Shown here one piece after another: positions 38,043 through 48,938 of a stretch of DNA of 64,000 nucleotides. The notes beneath the pieces are model-generated. The model saw nothing but the letters and a program-made list of their open reading frames with translations, had not been told where the DNA came from and did not search any database. Made by a program: the position numbers and the translations under genes. Source of the stretch: Acidimicrobiaceae bacterium (GTDB lineage: Bacteria > Actinomycetota > Acidimicrobiia > Acidimicrobiales > Bog-793); assembly GCA_027335685.1 (NCBI GenBank), contig DAHWHN010000034.1, positions 3,241 through 67,240 on the forward strand. The letters run 5' to 3'. Position 1 is the stretch's first letter. Every line of letters begins with the position of its first letter.

Positions 38043-38060
38043 AGCCGCCGGCGGGCGGCT
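38043..38060 (+). terminator. possible stem-loop after the nfu-like gene
   Basis: agccgcc-ggcg-ggcggct forms a 7-bp perfect stem starting 5 nt after the stop. There is no clear U-tract. Confidence 0.25.
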
Positions 38061-38161
38061 GGCCGGTTGCGGGCGATGCCGATGCCTGTTTCGAGCCCGA
38101 CCGCCTCGCCGTCGCCGCGTCGCCGCCCGGACGCGTACGTGCCCGAAGTAGATTGCCGGGA

Positions 38162-39379
38162 ATGCTGCGCTACCTGACCGCAGGGGAGTCCCACGGCCGT
38201 GCCCTCGTCGTCGTCGTCGAGGGCCTGCCTGCAGGCTTGCCGCTCACTGCCGCGGAGATCGCCGGGGAGCTCGGACGGCGCCGCCTCGGTTTCGGGCGGG
38301 GCCCGCGCATGCGCTTCGAGCAGGACGAGGTGACCCTGCTCGCTGGCGTCCGCCACGGGCGGACCCTCGGCTCGCCCGTCGCGATCGAGATCGCGAACAC
38401 CGAGTGGCCGAAGTGGGAGCAGGAGATGTCCCCCGCGCCCGGCGTGCCGGCGAAGGTCCTCACCGCGCCGCGCCCAGGTCACGCGGACCTCGCAGGTATG
38501 CAGAAGTACGGGTTCGACGACGCACGCGACGTCCTCGAGCGCGCGTCGGCCCGCGAGACGGCGGCTCGAGTCGCAGCGGGCACCGCAGCCAAGGCGCTGC
38601 TGTCCCGCATCGGCGTCGCGATCGTCAGCCACGTCGTCGCCCTCGGAGGCGTCGCCGCGCCCGAGGGGGTGCGACCGTCGCCGGCCGACCTCGAGGCCGT
38701 CGACGAGTCGGCCGTGCGCTGCTTCGACGCGGCTGCTGCCGAGGCGATGGTCGGCGCGATCAAGGCGGCGGCCAAGGTCGGCGACTCCCTCGGGGGCGTG
38801 GCCGAGGTCGTCGCCTACGGCGTTCCAGTCGGCCTCGGGAGCCACGTCCACTGGGACCGCAAGCTCGACGGTCTCCTCGCGCAGGCGCTCATGAGCATCC
38901 AGGCCGTGAAGGGTGTCGAGATCGGCGACGGCTTCGCCGTCTCGGGCCGGCTCGGCTCGCAGGCCCACGACGCGGTGAGCTACGACGCAGCCGCGGGCCG
39001 CTACGTCCGCGAGACGGCGCGGGCCGGCGGCGTGGAGGGCGGCATCTCGAGTGGTGCGCTCCTTGTCGCCCGGGCCGCGATGAAACCGCTCGCCACGCTC
39101 AACAGGCCCGTGCTCAAGACCGTCGACGTCGCGACGAAAGAGGAGACGGTCTCGTTCAAGGAGCGGACGGACGTGACGGCGGTGCCTGCCATGGGCGTCG
39201 TCGCGGAGACGATGGTCGCCCTCGTCCTCGCGAGCGAGGCGCTGCGCAAGTTCGGCGGGGACTCGGTGGCGGAGTTCGTGCGCAACCACGACGCGTACGT
39301 CGCTGCCCTCGCGCAGACGCCGTCGTCGGCCCGGCCGCAGGACGGTGCGGCGATGCCCGGCGCGGCTCCGCGCACGTGA
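38162..39379 (+). CDS. aroC: chorismate synthase
   Basis: [26 protein letters not shown]...[13 protein letters not shown]...RPGHADL... are canonical AroC motifs. Confidence 0.95.
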   Translation: MLRYLTAGESHGRALVVVVEGLPAGLPLTAAEIAGELGRRRLGFGRGPRMRFEQDEVTLLAGVRHGRTLGSPVAIEIANTEWPKWEQEMSPAPGVPAKVLTAPRPGHADLAGMQKYGFDDARDVLERASARETAARVAAGTAAKALLSRIGVAIVSHVVALGGVAAPEGVRPSPADLEAVDESAVRCFDAAAAEAMVGAIKAAAKVGDSLGGVAEVVAYGVPVGLGSHVHWDRKLDGLLAQALMSIQAVKGVEIGDGFAVSGRLGSQAHDAVSYDAAAGRYVRETARAGGVEGGISSGALLVARAAMKPLATLNRPVLKTVDVATKEETVSFKERTDVTAVPAMGVVAETMVALVLASEALRKFGGDSVAEFVRNHDAYVAALAQTPSSARPQDGAAMPGAAPRT

Positions 39380-40989
39380 GCGCCGCGCAGCCCCGGGCAG
39401 GTGCGCCTGGCACCGTGACGCCACCGGCGGACCACGTCTTTGTCGTCGGCATGATGGGCACGGGCAAGTCGACCGCCGGCCGGCTCGTCGCCGAGCGTCT
39501 CGGCCGGCGCGTCGTCGACACCGACGACGAGGTCGAGCGCGCAACGGGCCGGACCGTCCCCGACATCATCTCCTCGCTCGGTGAGGCCGCGTTCCGCTCC
39601 GCCGAGAGCGCCGCGCTCGGTCGTGTGTGCGACGCGCGTCCACGTGCGGTCGTCGCCGTCGCCGGCGGCGCGGTGCTCGACCCGGCCAACCGCGCGTTGC
39701 TGCGCCGTGCGGGCACGGTCGTCTGGCTCCGCGCGCGCCCGGAGACGATCCTCGACCGGGTCGGCGATGCCCCCGATCGCGTGCTGCTCCAGCCCGATCC
39801 TGTCGAGGCCGTCCCGCGCCTGGTCGACGAGCGCCGCCGCTACTACGAGGAGGTCGCGGATGCGGTCGTCGACGTCGACGGCCTCGCGCCGGCCGAGGTC
39901 GCCGCGCGCGTCCTCGAGGCCGTGGTCCGGCGCGTCCGGGTCGGCGTGCCGGGTCGCGGCTACGAGGTCTGCGTCGGACCGGGGGCCCGCCGCGCGCTCG
40001 CGGCGGTGATCCCCGAGCGCGCCCGGCGTGCGGTCGTCGTCACCCAGGACGGGATCGACGTCGACGTCGACCCTGGTATCGACACAGTTCGTGTTATCAT
40101 TGGCGACGGCGAGCGGGACAAGTCGCTCGCGACGGTCGAGCGCGTCTGCCGCGAGCTCGCGCGCTCGGGCGTGACCCGCCACGACGTCGTCGTCGCCGTC
40201 GGCGGAGGCGTCGTCACCGACGTCGCCGGCTTCGTCGCCTCCTGCTACCACCGTGGCCTCGACCTCGTGAACGTCTCGACGACCTTGCTCGGCCAGGTGG
40301 ACGCGGCGATCGGGGGCAAGACCGGCGTGAACCTCCCCGAGGGCAAGAACCTCGTCGGCGCGTTCTGGCAACCCGTCGCCGTGCTGTGCGACACCGACGC
40401 GCTCGCCGGACTGCCGGCGCGTGAGTGGCGGTCCGGCTTCGGCGAGATGGCGAAGTACGCGTTCCTCGGCGTCGAGGACCTCGACCGCCGCCCGCTGTCC
40501 GCCGCCGTCGCGCGCTGCGTTGCCGCGAAGGCCGCGGTCGTCGCGGGCGACGAGCGCGAGGCCGCGCAGCGGGTGGTGCTCAACTACGGGCACACGCTCG
40601 CGCACGCCCTCGAAGCCGGCGGGATCGCGGGCGGCGACGGCTCCGGCGCAGGAGCGACCGCGACGATGCGCCACGGCGAGGCCGTCGGCGTCGGGCTCGT
40701 CTTCGCCGCGCTGCTCGCCCGCCGCCTGGGGCGGATCGACGACGCACGTGTCCGCCGCCACGTCGAGCTGGTCGCACGCTACGGCTTGTCGACGGCGCTG
40801 CCGAAGGGGGTCGACCACGACGAGCTCGTCGTCTTGATGGGTCGGGACAAGAAGGCGACGGACGGCCTGACCTTCGTGCTCGACGGTCCCGACGGCGTCG
40901 AGGCCGTGGCAGGCGTCGATCCCGGCGCGGTCCTCGCCACGCTCGCGGAGCATGCCGGCGTGGGCGCCGACGGCGGGGGGCGGTCGTGA
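39376..40989 (+). CDS. bifunctional shikimate kinase / 3-dehydroquinate synthase (single continuous ORF)
   Basis: N-terminal [19 protein letters not shown] (shikimate kinase P-loop). The reading frame then continues without a stop into AroB motifs ([45 protein letters not shown]). GTG overlaps the aroC stop. Confidence 0.85.
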   Translation: MSAAQPRAGAPGTVTPPADHVFVVGMMGTGKSTAGRLVAERLGRRVVDTDDEVERATGRTVPDIISSLGEAAFRSAESAALGRVCDARPRAVVAVAGGAVLDPANRALLRRAGTVVWLRARPETILDRVGDAPDRVLLQPDPVEAVPRLVDERRRYYEEVADAVVDVDGLAPAEVAARVLEAVVRRVRVGVPGRGYEVCVGPGARRALAAVIPERARRAVVVTQDGIDVDVDPGIDTVRVIIGDGERDKSLATVERVCRELARSGVTRHDVVVAVGGGVVTDVAGFVASCYHRGLDLVNVSTTLLGQVDAAIGGKTGVNLPEGKNLVGAFWQPVAVLCDTDALAGLPAREWRSGFGEMAKYAFLGVEDLDRRPLSAAVARCVAAKAAVVAGDEREAAQRVVLNYGHTLAHALEAGGIAGGDGSGAGATATMRHGEAVGVGLVFAALLARRLGRIDDARVRRHVELVARYGLSTALPKGVDHDELVVLMGRDKKATDGLTFVLDGPDGVEAVAGVDPGAVLATLAEHAGVGADGGGRS

Positions 40990-41444
40990 GCGCACCCCTG
41001 GTCCTTTTGTTGTCGGGTCCCAACCTGCTGCTGCTCGGCGAGCGCCAGCCGGAGATCTACGGCACGGCGACCCTCGCCGACCACGTCGCGCGCGCCGCGG
41101 CGGCCGCGGAGCGGCTCGGGCTCGTGCTCGAGCACCTCCAGAGCGAGCGCGAGGGCGACCTCGTCGACGCGGTGCACGGCGCGCGCGGCCGCTGCGACGG
41201 GCTCGTCGTGAACGCCGGGGCGATCAGCCACTACGGCTGGTCCCTGCACGACGCCCTCGCGACGTTCTCCGGACCGGTGGTCGAGCTCCACCTGTCGAAC
41301 CCCGACGCCCGTGAGCCCTGGCGGCACCGGTCCGTGCTGGCACCGGTGTCGGACGGGACCGTGGCCGGGTTCGGGGCGGTCGGCTACGAGCTCGCGATCG
41401 AGGCGGTGTCGAGGCTGCTGCGGCCCTCGGCACGGCGGGGCTAG
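40986..41444 (+). CDS. aroQ: type II 3-dehydroquinate dehydratase
   Basis: VLLLSGPNLLLLGERQPEIYG...QSEREGDLVD...VVNAGAISHYGWSLHDAL...VELHLSNPDAREPWRH. GTG overlaps the upstream stop. Confidence 0.95.
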   Translation: MSAPLVLLLSGPNLLLLGERQPEIYGTATLADHVARAAAAAERLGLVLEHLQSEREGDLVDAVHGARGRCDGLVVNAGAISHYGWSLHDALATFSGPVVELHLSNPDAREPWRHRSVLAPVSDGTVAGFGAVGYELAIEAVSRLLRPSARRG

Positions 41445-41451
41445 GCCCGGC

Positions 41452-42567
41452 GTGGTCCGCCACATCGACCTCGCCACCCTGCCGTCGCCGGACGTCGCCG
41501 GCCGCCTCGACCGGCTGCGGGCCCGGTTCGACGGTGCCGGGTGCGACGCGCTCGTCGTGACCAAGCTCGAGTCGGTCCGCTACCTGACCGGGTTCACCGG
41601 CTCTGCCGCTGTCGTGCTCGTGCTGCCCGGCTCGGCGCTGTTGTGCACCGACGGCCGCTATCGCGACCAGGTGGTCGCCGAGCTCGACGCGTCCGGCGCC
41701 GCCGTCGAGACCGAGATCGCCGCGAGGCCGGACCAGCTCGAGCTCGTCGCCCGCGCATGCGGTGCGACGGCGCGGATCGGCCTCGAGGCCGCGTCGGCCA
41801 GCTGGTCGCTGCAGCGCCGGCTCGCCGAGCATCTCGGCGAGGACCGCCTGGTCGCGACCGACGGGGTCGTCGAGGCCTTGCGAGCGGTGAAGGACGCGGG
41901 GGAGGTCGCGCGCATCGAGGCGGCGTGCGACATCGCGGACGTCGCGTTCGCCCAGGTCAAGTCCCGCCTCGCGGACGGGGTCACCGAGGCGGACTTCGCT
42001 GCCGAGCTCGAGGCGGAGATGCGCGCACGCGGCTCGGCGGAGACGTCGTTCGCGACGATCGTCGCGAGCGGCCCCAACGCGGCGATGCCGCATGCCCGCC
42101 CGGGCGGGCGCGTCGTGGGCTCCGGCGAGCTCGTCGTCGTCGACTTCGGGGCGACCGTCGACGGCTACCGCTCGGACATGACGCGGACGCTCTGCGTCGG
42201 CGAGCTCTCGGGCGAGCTCGCCGATCTCCTCGACGCCGTGCTCGCCGCGCAGCGGGCCGGGATCCGGGCGGTGCGCGCCGGAGCGACCGGCGGGGACGTC
42301 GACGCCGCGTGCAGGGGATCGCTCACCGAAGCCGGGTATGGTGCGGCCTTTGTCCACGCGACGGGCCACGGTGTCGGTCTCGAGATCCACGAGGCACCGG
42401 CCCTGGCGAAGGGCTCGACTGATATCCTCGAGCCCGGTGCCGTCGTGACCGTCGAGCCCGGTGCGTACCTCGCCGGCCGAGGCGGAGCGCGTATCGAGGA
42501 CACCCTCGTCGTCGGCGCCGCCGGCAGCCGCCCGCTCACCAAGTCGACCAAGGACTACGCGATCTGA
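41452..42567 (+). CDS. M24-family Xaa-Pro aminopeptidase/dipeptidase
   Basis: LRAVKDAGEVARI, VVVDFGATVDGYRSDMTRT, HATGHGVGLEIHE and VTVEPGAY...GARIEDT are the pita-bread metal ligand motifs. Confidence 0.9.
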   Translation: MVRHIDLATLPSPDVAGRLDRLRARFDGAGCDALVVTKLESVRYLTGFTGSAAVVLVLPGSALLCTDGRYRDQVVAELDASGAAVETEIAARPDQLELVARACGATARIGLEAASASWSLQRRLAEHLGEDRLVATDGVVEALRAVKDAGEVARIEAACDIADVAFAQVKSRLADGVTEADFAAELEAEMRARGSAETSFATIVASGPNAAMPHARPGGRVVGSGELVVVDFGATVDGYRSDMTRTLCVGELSGELADLLDAVLAAQRAGIRAVRAGATGGDVDAACRGSLTEAGYGAAFVHATGHGVGLEIHEAPALAKGSTDILEPGAVVTVEPGAYLAGRGGARIEDTLVVGAAGSRPLTKSTKDYAI

Positions 42568-43127
42568 TGGCCCTCTCGCTCACCGACCTCAAGAACGGCA
42601 TGGCGATCGACCTGCCCGACGGGTTGTTCACCGTCGTCGAGTTCCAGCACGTCAAGCCGGGAAAGGGAGGTGCCTTCGTCCGGACCAAGCTCCGCAACGT
42701 CCGGACAAAGGCCGTGGTCGAGCGGACGTTTCGTGCCGAGGAGAAGGTCGAGCAGGCCCTCATCGACAAGCGGGAGATGCAGTTCCTCTACCGCGACGGC
42801 GAGCAGTACGTGTTCATGGACAACTCGACCTACGACCAGATGACCGTCGACGGCGCGTCCCTCGGCACCTCGACGTCGTTCCTGAAAGAGGGCGACTCGG
42901 CGGTTCTCGAGCTGTACGGCGGCGAGATCGTCGACGTCGACCTGCCGGCGGCCGTCGAGCTCGCCGTCGCCGAGACGGACCCCGGCCTGCAGGGCGACCG
43001 GGTCTCGGGGGCGCGCAAGCCGGCCACGACCGAGACGGGCCTCGTCGTCCAGGTCCCGCTCTTTGTCAACCCGGGCGACCGGATCAAGGTCGACACCCGG
43101 TCCGGTGAGTACCTCACGAGGGCGTAG
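42567..43127 (+). CDS. efp: elongation factor P
   Basis: LKNGMAIDL..GLFTVVEFQHVKPGKGGAFVRTKLRNV... ATG overlaps the upstream stop (ATGA). Confidence 0.95.
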   Translation: MALSLTDLKNGMAIDLPDGLFTVVEFQHVKPGKGGAFVRTKLRNVRTKAVVERTFRAEEKVEQALIDKREMQFLYRDGEQYVFMDNSTYDQMTVDGASLGTSTSFLKEGDSAVLELYGGEIVDVDLPAAVELAVAETDPGLQGDRVSGARKPATTETGLVVQVPLFVNPGDRIKVDTRSGEYLTRA

Positions 43128-43557
43128 CGGGCAGGAGCAGGCTCCGGCTGTCGGGGAGCGTCGCCGCGCCCGCGAGAGGGCGCTCGGCCTGCTCTACGAG
43201 ATGGAGATGAAAGGCGCCACGGCCGACGAGGTCATCCGCGTCCTGCCGATCCCGCCCGAGCCGTACGCGGAGCAGCTGGCCCGCGGTGCGTGCGACCGCC
43301 TCGCCGAGATCGACCTGCTCGTCGCAGCCCACGCCACCGCGTGGGCGCTCGACCGCCTGCCCGTCGTCGACCGACAGCTCCTGCGCCTCGCGGTCTACGA
43401 GCTGCTCGGCGAGGCGGAGGTGCCCGTCGCAGTCGTGATCGACGAGGCGATCGAGCTGGCCAAGCAGTACTCGACGGTCGAGTCCGGCCGCTACGTGAAC
43501 GGGGTGCTCTCCGCCGTCGCCGCGCAGGTCCGTCCCGGTTCGTCGGTCCCGTCGTGA
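43105..43557 (+). CDS. nusB: transcription antitermination factor NusB
   Basis: RRRARERALGLLYEMEMKG...LDRLPVVDRQLLRLAVYELL...IDEAIELAKQYSTVESGRYVNGVL. No canonical start lies after the efp stop, so GTG at 43105 (23-nt overlap with efp) is the nearest candidate. Start is uncertain. Confidence 0.8.
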   Translation: MSTSRGRSGQEQAPAVGERRRARERALGLLYEMEMKGATADEVIRVLPIPPEPYAEQLARGACDRLAEIDLLVAAHATAWALDRLPVVDRQLLRLAVYELLGEAEVPVAVVIDEAIELAKQYSTVESGRYVNGVLSAVAAQVRPGSSVPS

Positions 43558-44648
43558 CCGGCGCGTACGAGCGGGCAGGCGTCGACTACTCGGTCCTCGA
43601 CGCAGCCAAGCGGCGGGCGCTCGCCGCTGCGCTCTCGACGTCGGCCGTCCCGACCGCGCGCGGCGCGACGGTCGACGACGCCTCGCGCGGCGAGCCGGCG
43701 GTCGTCGTCGACGTCGGTGGGCTCCGGCTCGGCTTCGTCCTCGAGTGCCTCGGGACGAAGTCGGCGATCGCCCGCTCCTACGAGGACGCGACCGGGGTGG
43801 ACCGCTTCGCGGCGATCGGCTACGACACGGTCGCTGCCGCGGTCAACGACTGCTGCTGCGTCGGCGCCCTGCCGCTCGTCGTCAACGCCTACTTCGCGAC
43901 CGGTGCGGCGTCCTGGTACGACGGGACCCGCCATGGCTCGCTCGTCGAGGGGTTCCGGCGCGGGTGCGCGGACGCAGGGGCGGCCTGGGGAGGAGGCGAG
44001 TCGCCGACGCTCACGGGTCTCCTGGCGCCGGAGGCGATCGACCTCGCGGCGAGCGTCGTCGGCCGCGTGCCCGACGGCGCGCCGCCGCTGCTCGGCGGTG
44101 CGCTCGCGGCGGGCGACGAGATCGTGCTCGTCGCGTCGAGCGGGCTCCACGCCAACGGCGCGTCGCTCGCCCGCGACGTGGCTGCACGCCTCGACGCAGG
44201 TCTCGCGACGCCGCTCGACAGCGGGCGGAGCTTCGGCGAGGCGGTGCTCGACGAGAGCGTCGTCTACGTCGCCCTCGTCGAGGAGGCCCTCGCCGCCGGC
44301 GTTCCGCTGCACTACCTGAGCCACGTGACGGGCCACGGCCTGCGCAAGATCATGCGCGCCGACCGTGAGCTCACGTACCGGATCGCCCGGCTCCCCGCGG
44401 TGCCCGAGGTCCTCGCCTTCCTCGCGTCGCACGCGGGACTCTCGGACCGCGAGGCCTACGGGACGCTCAACATGGGTGTCGGGTTCGCGTGCTACGTCGC
44501 CGACGGCGCGGGCGCCGCCCTCGCCGCGCTCGCGTCGCAACTCGGCTACGAGGCGGTCGTCGCCGGCCGGGTCGAGCGCGGTCCGCGCCGGGTCGTGCTC
44601 GAGCCGATCGGCGTCGAGTACCACTCGGACGAGCTCGACCTGCGCTAG
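43554..44648 (+). CDS. AIR synthase-related (PurM-like) protein, divergent paralogue
   Basis: N-terminal YERAGVDYSVLDAAKRRAL resembles the PurM Y(K/R)xAGVD start. The position of the PurM DGVGTK block reads LECLGTKSAI. The C-terminal domain has GGESP and SSGLHANG. GTG overlaps the nusB stop. Confidence 0.7.
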   Translation: MTGAYERAGVDYSVLDAAKRRALAAALSTSAVPTARGATVDDASRGEPAVVVDVGGLRLGFVLECLGTKSAIARSYEDATGVDRFAAIGYDTVAAAVNDCCCVGALPLVVNAYFATGAASWYDGTRHGSLVEGFRRGCADAGAAWGGGESPTLTGLLAPEAIDLAASVVGRVPDGAPPLLGGALAAGDEIVLVASSGLHANGASLARDVAARLDAGLATPLDSGRSFGEAVLDESVVYVALVEEALAAGVPLHYLSHVTGHGLRKIMRADRELTYRIARLPAVPEVLAFLASHAGLSDREAYGTLNMGVGFACYVADGAGAALAALASQLGYEAVVAGRVERGPRRVVLEPIGVEYHSDELDLR

Positions 44649-44672
44649 CATCAGCGAAGCGGTGCGTGAAAC

Positions 44673-44688
44673 GGGTCCTGTGAGGCCC
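44673..44688 (+). promoter_or_regulatory. candidate PyrR-binding RNA hairpin in the pyrR leader
   Basis: GGGUCCUGUGAGGCCC forms a 5-bp stem, and the loop/stem sequence UCCUGUGAGG resembles the PyrR binding-loop consensus (UCCAGAGAGG). It lies 24 nt upstream of the pyrR GTG and close to the GGGAGAG SD. Confidence 0.5.
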
Positions 44689-44711
44689 GTACGGACGTCG
44701 GGAGAGCGGTC

Positions 44712-45302
44712 GTGGCAGACCAGGTCAAGGTGGCGGCGCGCTCGCGACGAGGGACGTTCGTCCCGAGGGCGACCGTCATGGACGCCGACGACGTCCGCCG
44801 GGCGCTCGTGCGGATCGCGCACGAGATCCTCGAGCGCAACCACGGATCGGGCTCCCTCGTCGTCGTCGGGCTCCAGACGGGCGGCGTCCCGCTCGCGGAG
44901 CACCTCGTGGCACTGCTCGCCGACATCGACGGTGCCGACGTGCCGCTCGGCGTGCTCGACGTCGCCTTCTACCGCGACGACATCGGGCTCCGGCCGGTGC
45001 TCGCCGAAGAGGTGACGCGCATCCCCGTCGAGCTCTCCGGGCGGGTCGTCGTGCTCGTCGACGACGTGCTGTTCACCGGGCGGACGGTGCGCGCCGCGCT
45101 CGACGCGCTGGCCGACCACGGCAGGGCGCGGTCCGTGCAGCTCGCCGTCATGGTCGACCGCGGCCATCGCGAGCTGCCGATCCGCCCGGACTACGTCGGC
45201 AAGAACCTCCCGACCCGGCGCGACGAGGTCGTCGAGGTCGGCGCGGCCGGCGTGCGGATCGGCGAGGTCGTCGCTCTGCCCGGACCGGAGGGCGCCCGGT
45301 GA
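44712..45302 (+). CDS. pyrR: bifunctional pyr operon regulator / uracil phosphoribosyltransferase
   Basis: [22 protein letters not shown]...[21 protein letters not shown] (PRPP motif)...[20 protein letters not shown]. Confidence 0.95.
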   Translation: MADQVKVAARSRRGTFVPRATVMDADDVRRALVRIAHEILERNHGSGSLVVVGLQTGGVPLAEHLVALLADIDGADVPLGVLDVAFYRDDIGLRPVLAEEVTRIPVELSGRVVVLVDDVLFTGRTVRAALDALADHGRARSVQLAVMVDRGHRELPIRPDYVGKNLPTRRDEVVEVGAAGVRIGEVVALPGPEGAR

Positions 45303-46324
45303 GCCGGCCCGGCCTGCTCTCGGTGGCCGACCTCGGGCGTGGCGGCATCGTCGAGGTGCTCCACCTCGCCGACTCCTTCGCGGAGGTCTCCGAGCGCGCG
45401 ATCCCGAAGGTGCCGGCCCTGCGCGGCAAGACCGTCGCGACGGTCTTCTTCGAGCCCTCGACGCGGACGCGCCTGTCCTTCGAGGCCGCGGCGAAGCGCC
45501 TCTCGGCCGACACGATGTCCTTCGCCGCCGCGACGTCGTCGGTGACCAAGGGCGAGTCGCTGCGCGACACCGTCGAGACCGTCGACGCGCTCGGCGTCGA
45601 CGTCATGGTCGTGCGCCACGCGTCCTCCGGCGCGCCGGCGCAGGTGGCGCGCTGGGTCGACGCGTGTGTCGTCAACGCCGGCGACGGCCAGCACGAGCAC
45701 CCGACCCAGGCCCTGCTCGACTGCTTCACCCTGCGGGAGGCGCTCGCGGCGCGTGCGGGCTCGCCACCGGCCGACGACCTCGCCGGGGTCCGCATCGCGA
45801 TCGTCGGCGACGTGCGCCACAGCCGGGTCGCCCGCTCCTGCGTGCTCGCATTCGGCGCGCTCGGCGCACGCGTCACGCTCGTCGGCCCGGCGACGCTCAT
45901 GCCGCCGACGACGCAGGGATGGGGCGTCGAGGTCCGCCACGACCTCGACGAGGTGCTCCCCGAGATCGACGTCTGCTACCTGCTTCGCCTGCAGAGCGAG
46001 CGGCTGCGCGAGGCGCTCCTGCCGAGCCTCGGCGAGTACTCCGAGCGGTTCGGGCTCACCCGCGACAGGGCGCGCCGGCTCGACCCGGACCTGCTCGTCA
46101 TGCACCCCGGGCCGATGATCCGGGGCCTCGAGATCGCGTCGGGCGTGGCGGACTCGGCTCGCAGCCTCGTCACCCGCCAGGTCCACAACGGCGTGGCCGT
46201 CCGCATGGCCGTGCTGTTCCGTCTCCTCGCCGGCGGGTTGCCGTCGGAGCCGACCGGCGCAGGCCCGGCCGCGGACGAGGCGTCGCCGGCCGGGTCGGGC
46301 CAGGGAGGTGCCCGGCATGGCTGA
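45299..46324 (+). CDS. pyrB: aspartate carbamoyltransferase catalytic subunit
   Basis: [21 protein letters not shown] and MHPGPM motifs. GTG overlaps the pyrR stop. Confidence 0.95.
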   Translation: MSRPGLLSVADLGRGGIVEVLHLADSFAEVSERAIPKVPALRGKTVATVFFEPSTRTRLSFEAAAKRLSADTMSFAAATSSVTKGESLRDTVETVDALGVDVMVVRHASSGAPAQVARWVDACVVNAGDGQHEHPTQALLDCFTLREALAARAGSPPADDLAGVRIAIVGDVRHSRVARSCVLAFGALGARVTLVGPATLMPPTTQGWGVEVRHDLDEVLPEIDVCYLLRLQSERLREALLPSLGEYSERFGLTRDRARRLDPDLLVMHPGPMIRGLEIASGVADSARSLVTRQVHNGVAVRMAVLFRLLAGGLPSEPTGAGPAADEASPAGSGQGGARHG

Positions 46325-47684
46325 GCCCGTGCGGCCCCGCCGGGTGCTGGTGCGAGGCGGGCGCGTCGTCGAGCCGTCCGGCCCGCGCCGTGCCGACGTC
46401 CTGGTCGAGGATGGCACGATCGTCGCGGTCGAGGCGACGATCGCGGCCCCGCCGGGCGCGACCGTGCTCGACGCGTCCGGCTGCGTCGTCGGCCCGGGCC
46501 TCGTCGACCTCCACACGCACCTGCGCGAGCCGGGGAGGGAGGACGCGGAGACGGTCGAGACGGGCGCGCGGGCCGCCGCGCTCGGCGGCTACACGGCCGT
46601 GGTCGCGATGCCCAACACCGAGCCGGCCACGGACAGCGCCGGAGCGGTGCGCGCCCTGCAGGTCCTCGGCGCCCGCGCCTGCGTCGAGGTCGCCATCGCC
46701 GGCGCGATCACGGTCGGGCGCGCGGGCGAGCGGCTAGCCCCCTTCGCGGAGATGGCGGGTCTCGGCGTCCGGCTGTTCACCGACGACGGGCGGGGCGTGC
46801 AGCACGCGGGGCTCATGCGCCGGGCGCTCGAGTACGCGCGCCCGCTCGGGATCGTGCTCGCCGAGCACTGCGAGGACGAGGAGCTCGCCGCCGGTGGCTC
46901 GATGCACGAGGGAGCCTGGTCGAGCCGGCTCGGCATCCCGGGCCAGCCGGCGATCGCCGAGGAGGCGATGGTCGAGCGCGACATCGGGCTCGTCCGGCTC
47001 ACCGGCGCACCGCTGCACCTGCTCCACCTCTCGTGCGCGCGCTCGGTGGCGCTCGTGCGTGCCGCCCGGGCCGAAGGCCTCCCGGTGACGGCCGAGGCGA
47101 CGCCGCACCACATGTCCCTCACCGACGCGGAGCTCGCCGGCTACGACCCGGTGTTCAAGGTGAACCCGCCACTTCGTCCCGGCGCGGACCTCGCCGCCGT
47201 GCGCGCCGGCGTGCTCGACGGCACGATCGACGCGGTCGCCACCGACCACGCGCCGCACCCGCCGGAGTCGAAGGAGGAGCCCTTCGACCTTGCTCCGCCG
47301 GGGATGACCGGTCTCGAGACGGCCTTTGCCGTCGCGTACGGCGCCTTGTGCTGCGACGCGTCGACGGGGGTCCCGCCCTGGCTGGCCGGCTCGGACCCTG
47401 CGCAGCGCAGGGCGTCGATCGCCGAGCTCTTCGCGGCGATGTCCGGCGCGCCGGCGCGCATCGCCGGGCTTGACGTCGCGAGTGGGCAGGGCGGCGCGCT
47501 ACGGCCGGGCGCGCGGGCCCATCTGTGCGTCGTCGACCTCGACGCGCGCTGGACGGTCGATCCGGCGGCCAGCGCGAGCCGGAGCCGGAACACGCCCTTT
47601 GCCGGTCGTGAGCTCGTCGGGCGCGTCCGGCACACGGTCTGCGCGGGCGAGCCGGTCGTCGTCGACGGAAAGGCGGTCCGATGA
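46317..47684 (+). CDS. pyrC: dihydroorotase
   Basis: [13 protein letters not shown]...[12 protein letters not shown]...[11 protein letters not shown] at 46317 sits 8 nt after AGGGAGG. The ORF-track start at 46308 is an alternative. Confidence 0.9.
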   Translation: MAEPVRPRRVLVRGGRVVEPSGPRRADVLVEDGTIVAVEATIAAPPGATVLDASGCVVGPGLVDLHTHLREPGREDAETVETGARAAALGGYTAVVAMPNTEPATDSAGAVRALQVLGARACVEVAIAGAITVGRAGERLAPFAEMAGLGVRLFTDDGRGVQHAGLMRRALEYARPLGIVLAEHCEDEELAAGGSMHEGAWSSRLGIPGQPAIAEEAMVERDIGLVRLTGAPLHLLHLSCARSVALVRAARAEGLPVTAEATPHHMSLTDAELAGYDPVFKVNPPLRPGADLAAVRAGVLDGTIDAVATDHAPHPPESKEEPFDLAPPGMTGLETAFAVAYGALCCDASTGVPPWLAGSDPAQRRASIAELFAAMSGAPARIAGLDVASGQGGALRPGARAHLCVVDLDARWTVDPAASASRSRNTPFAGRELVGRVRHTVCAGEPVVVDGKAVR

Positions 47685-48853
47685 GCAGTGCGCACCACGG
47701 TGCAACCGGTGCAACCGGCGCGCGGGCAGGAGGCGACCCCGTCCCGGCGCCGTCCGCCGTGTCGGGAGCACGCCGCCCGCCGGCGACGCTCGTGCTCGCG
47801 GACGGGGCGAGCTTCGCGGGCGAGGCGTTCGGGGCGCTCGCGGCAGGTGGCGCACGCCTCGCGACCGGCGAGATCGTCTTCAACACGGCGCTCTCCGGCT
47901 ACCAGGAGATCGTCACCGACCCGTCGTACGCGGGCCAGGTCGTCGCGTTCACCTACCCCCACATCGGCAACTACGGCGTGACCGCCGCAGACGAGGAGGC
48001 GCGCCGACCGTCCTGCCGGGCGATCGTCGTGCGCGAGCTGACCGGCCGGCAGAGCAGCTGGCGCGCCACCGGCGACCTCGAAGGTTTCCTCGCCCGGCAC
48101 GGGATCGGCGGCATCACCGGCGTCGACACCCGGCGGCTCACGCGCCACGTGCGCGAGGCCGGCGCCATGCCTTGCGCGCTCGGAACGGCCGACGGCGACG
48201 AGCTCCTCGCCGCGGCCCGGGCCGAGCCGGGTACCGAGGGGGTCGACCTCGTCGGGAGCGTGACGACGGAGCGGGCCTACCGCGTCGGGGACGGTCCGCT
48301 GCGCGTCGTCGCGTACGACTTCGGCGTGAAGTCGACGATGCTCCGGCGTCTTTCCGGCTTCGCGACCGTCGAGGTCGTGCCCGCGTCGACGCCGGCCGGC
48401 GAGGTGCTCGACCGCCGGCCGGACGGCGTGCTGCTGTCGAACGGGCCCGGCGACCCCGCTGCCCTCGGCCACCTCGTCGAGACGGTCAAGGTGCTGCTCG
48501 GCGAAGTTCCCGTCTTCGGGATCTGCCTCGGACACCAGCTGCTCGCCGCCGCGCTCGGCGCGCGCACCAACAAGCTCCGCTTCGGCCACCACGGGGCCAA
48601 CCATCCCGTCCGGCGCGTCGCGACCGGCGCTGTCGAGATCACCAGTCAGAACCACGGCTACGCCGTCGACTCGGACAGCCTGCCAGGCGCCGACGTGAGC
48701 CACGTCAACTTGAACGACGGCGTCGTCGAGGGGCTCGCCTGCCGCGACGTCCCCGCCTTCTCGGTCCAGTACCACCCCGAGGCCGGGCCCGGCCCGCACG
48801 ACGCCGGGTACCTGTTCGAGCAGTTCCGCGAGCTCATGGAGGCATGCCGTTGA
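47681..48853 (+). CDS. carA: carbamoyl-phosphate synthase small (glutaminase) subunit
   Basis: [37 protein letters not shown]...GICLGHQLL...[11 protein letters not shown] overlaps the pyrC stop. This start gives a roughly 30-aa Ala/Gly-rich N-terminal extension, and an in-frame GTG further in is possible. Confidence 0.9.
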   Translation: MSSAHHGATGATGARAGGDPVPAPSAVSGARRPPATLVLADGASFAGEAFGALAAGGARLATGEIVFNTALSGYQEIVTDPSYAGQVVAFTYPHIGNYGVTAADEEARRPSCRAIVVRELTGRQSSWRATGDLEGFLARHGIGGITGVDTRRLTRHVREAGAMPCALGTADGDELLAAARAEPGTEGVDLVGSVTTERAYRVGDGPLRVVAYDFGVKSTMLRRLSGFATVEVVPASTPAGEVLDRRPDGVLLSNGPGDPAALGHLVETVKVLLGEVPVFGICLGHQLLAAALGARTNKLRFGHHGANHPVRRVATGAVEITSQNHGYAVDSDSLPGADVSHVNLNDGVVEGLACRDVPAFSVQYHPEAGPGPHDAGYLFEQFRELMEACR

Positions 48854-48938
48854 CACGCGCCTTGCGCCCCAGCCCTCCGTGCGCGCGATCGGTCGGGCCT
48901 GCCGTGCCGGTCGGGTCCTGCGCGCCCGGAGCAGCCTG

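Noticed and set aside
40078-40105. A patch of unusually AT-ending codons (aca gtt cgt gtt atc att) inside the aroB part of the fused gene.
   Set aside because: It is in-frame and encodes a sensible [11 protein letters not shown] stretch. It is too short to indicate foreign DNA and is probably chance or a local mRNA-structure constraint.
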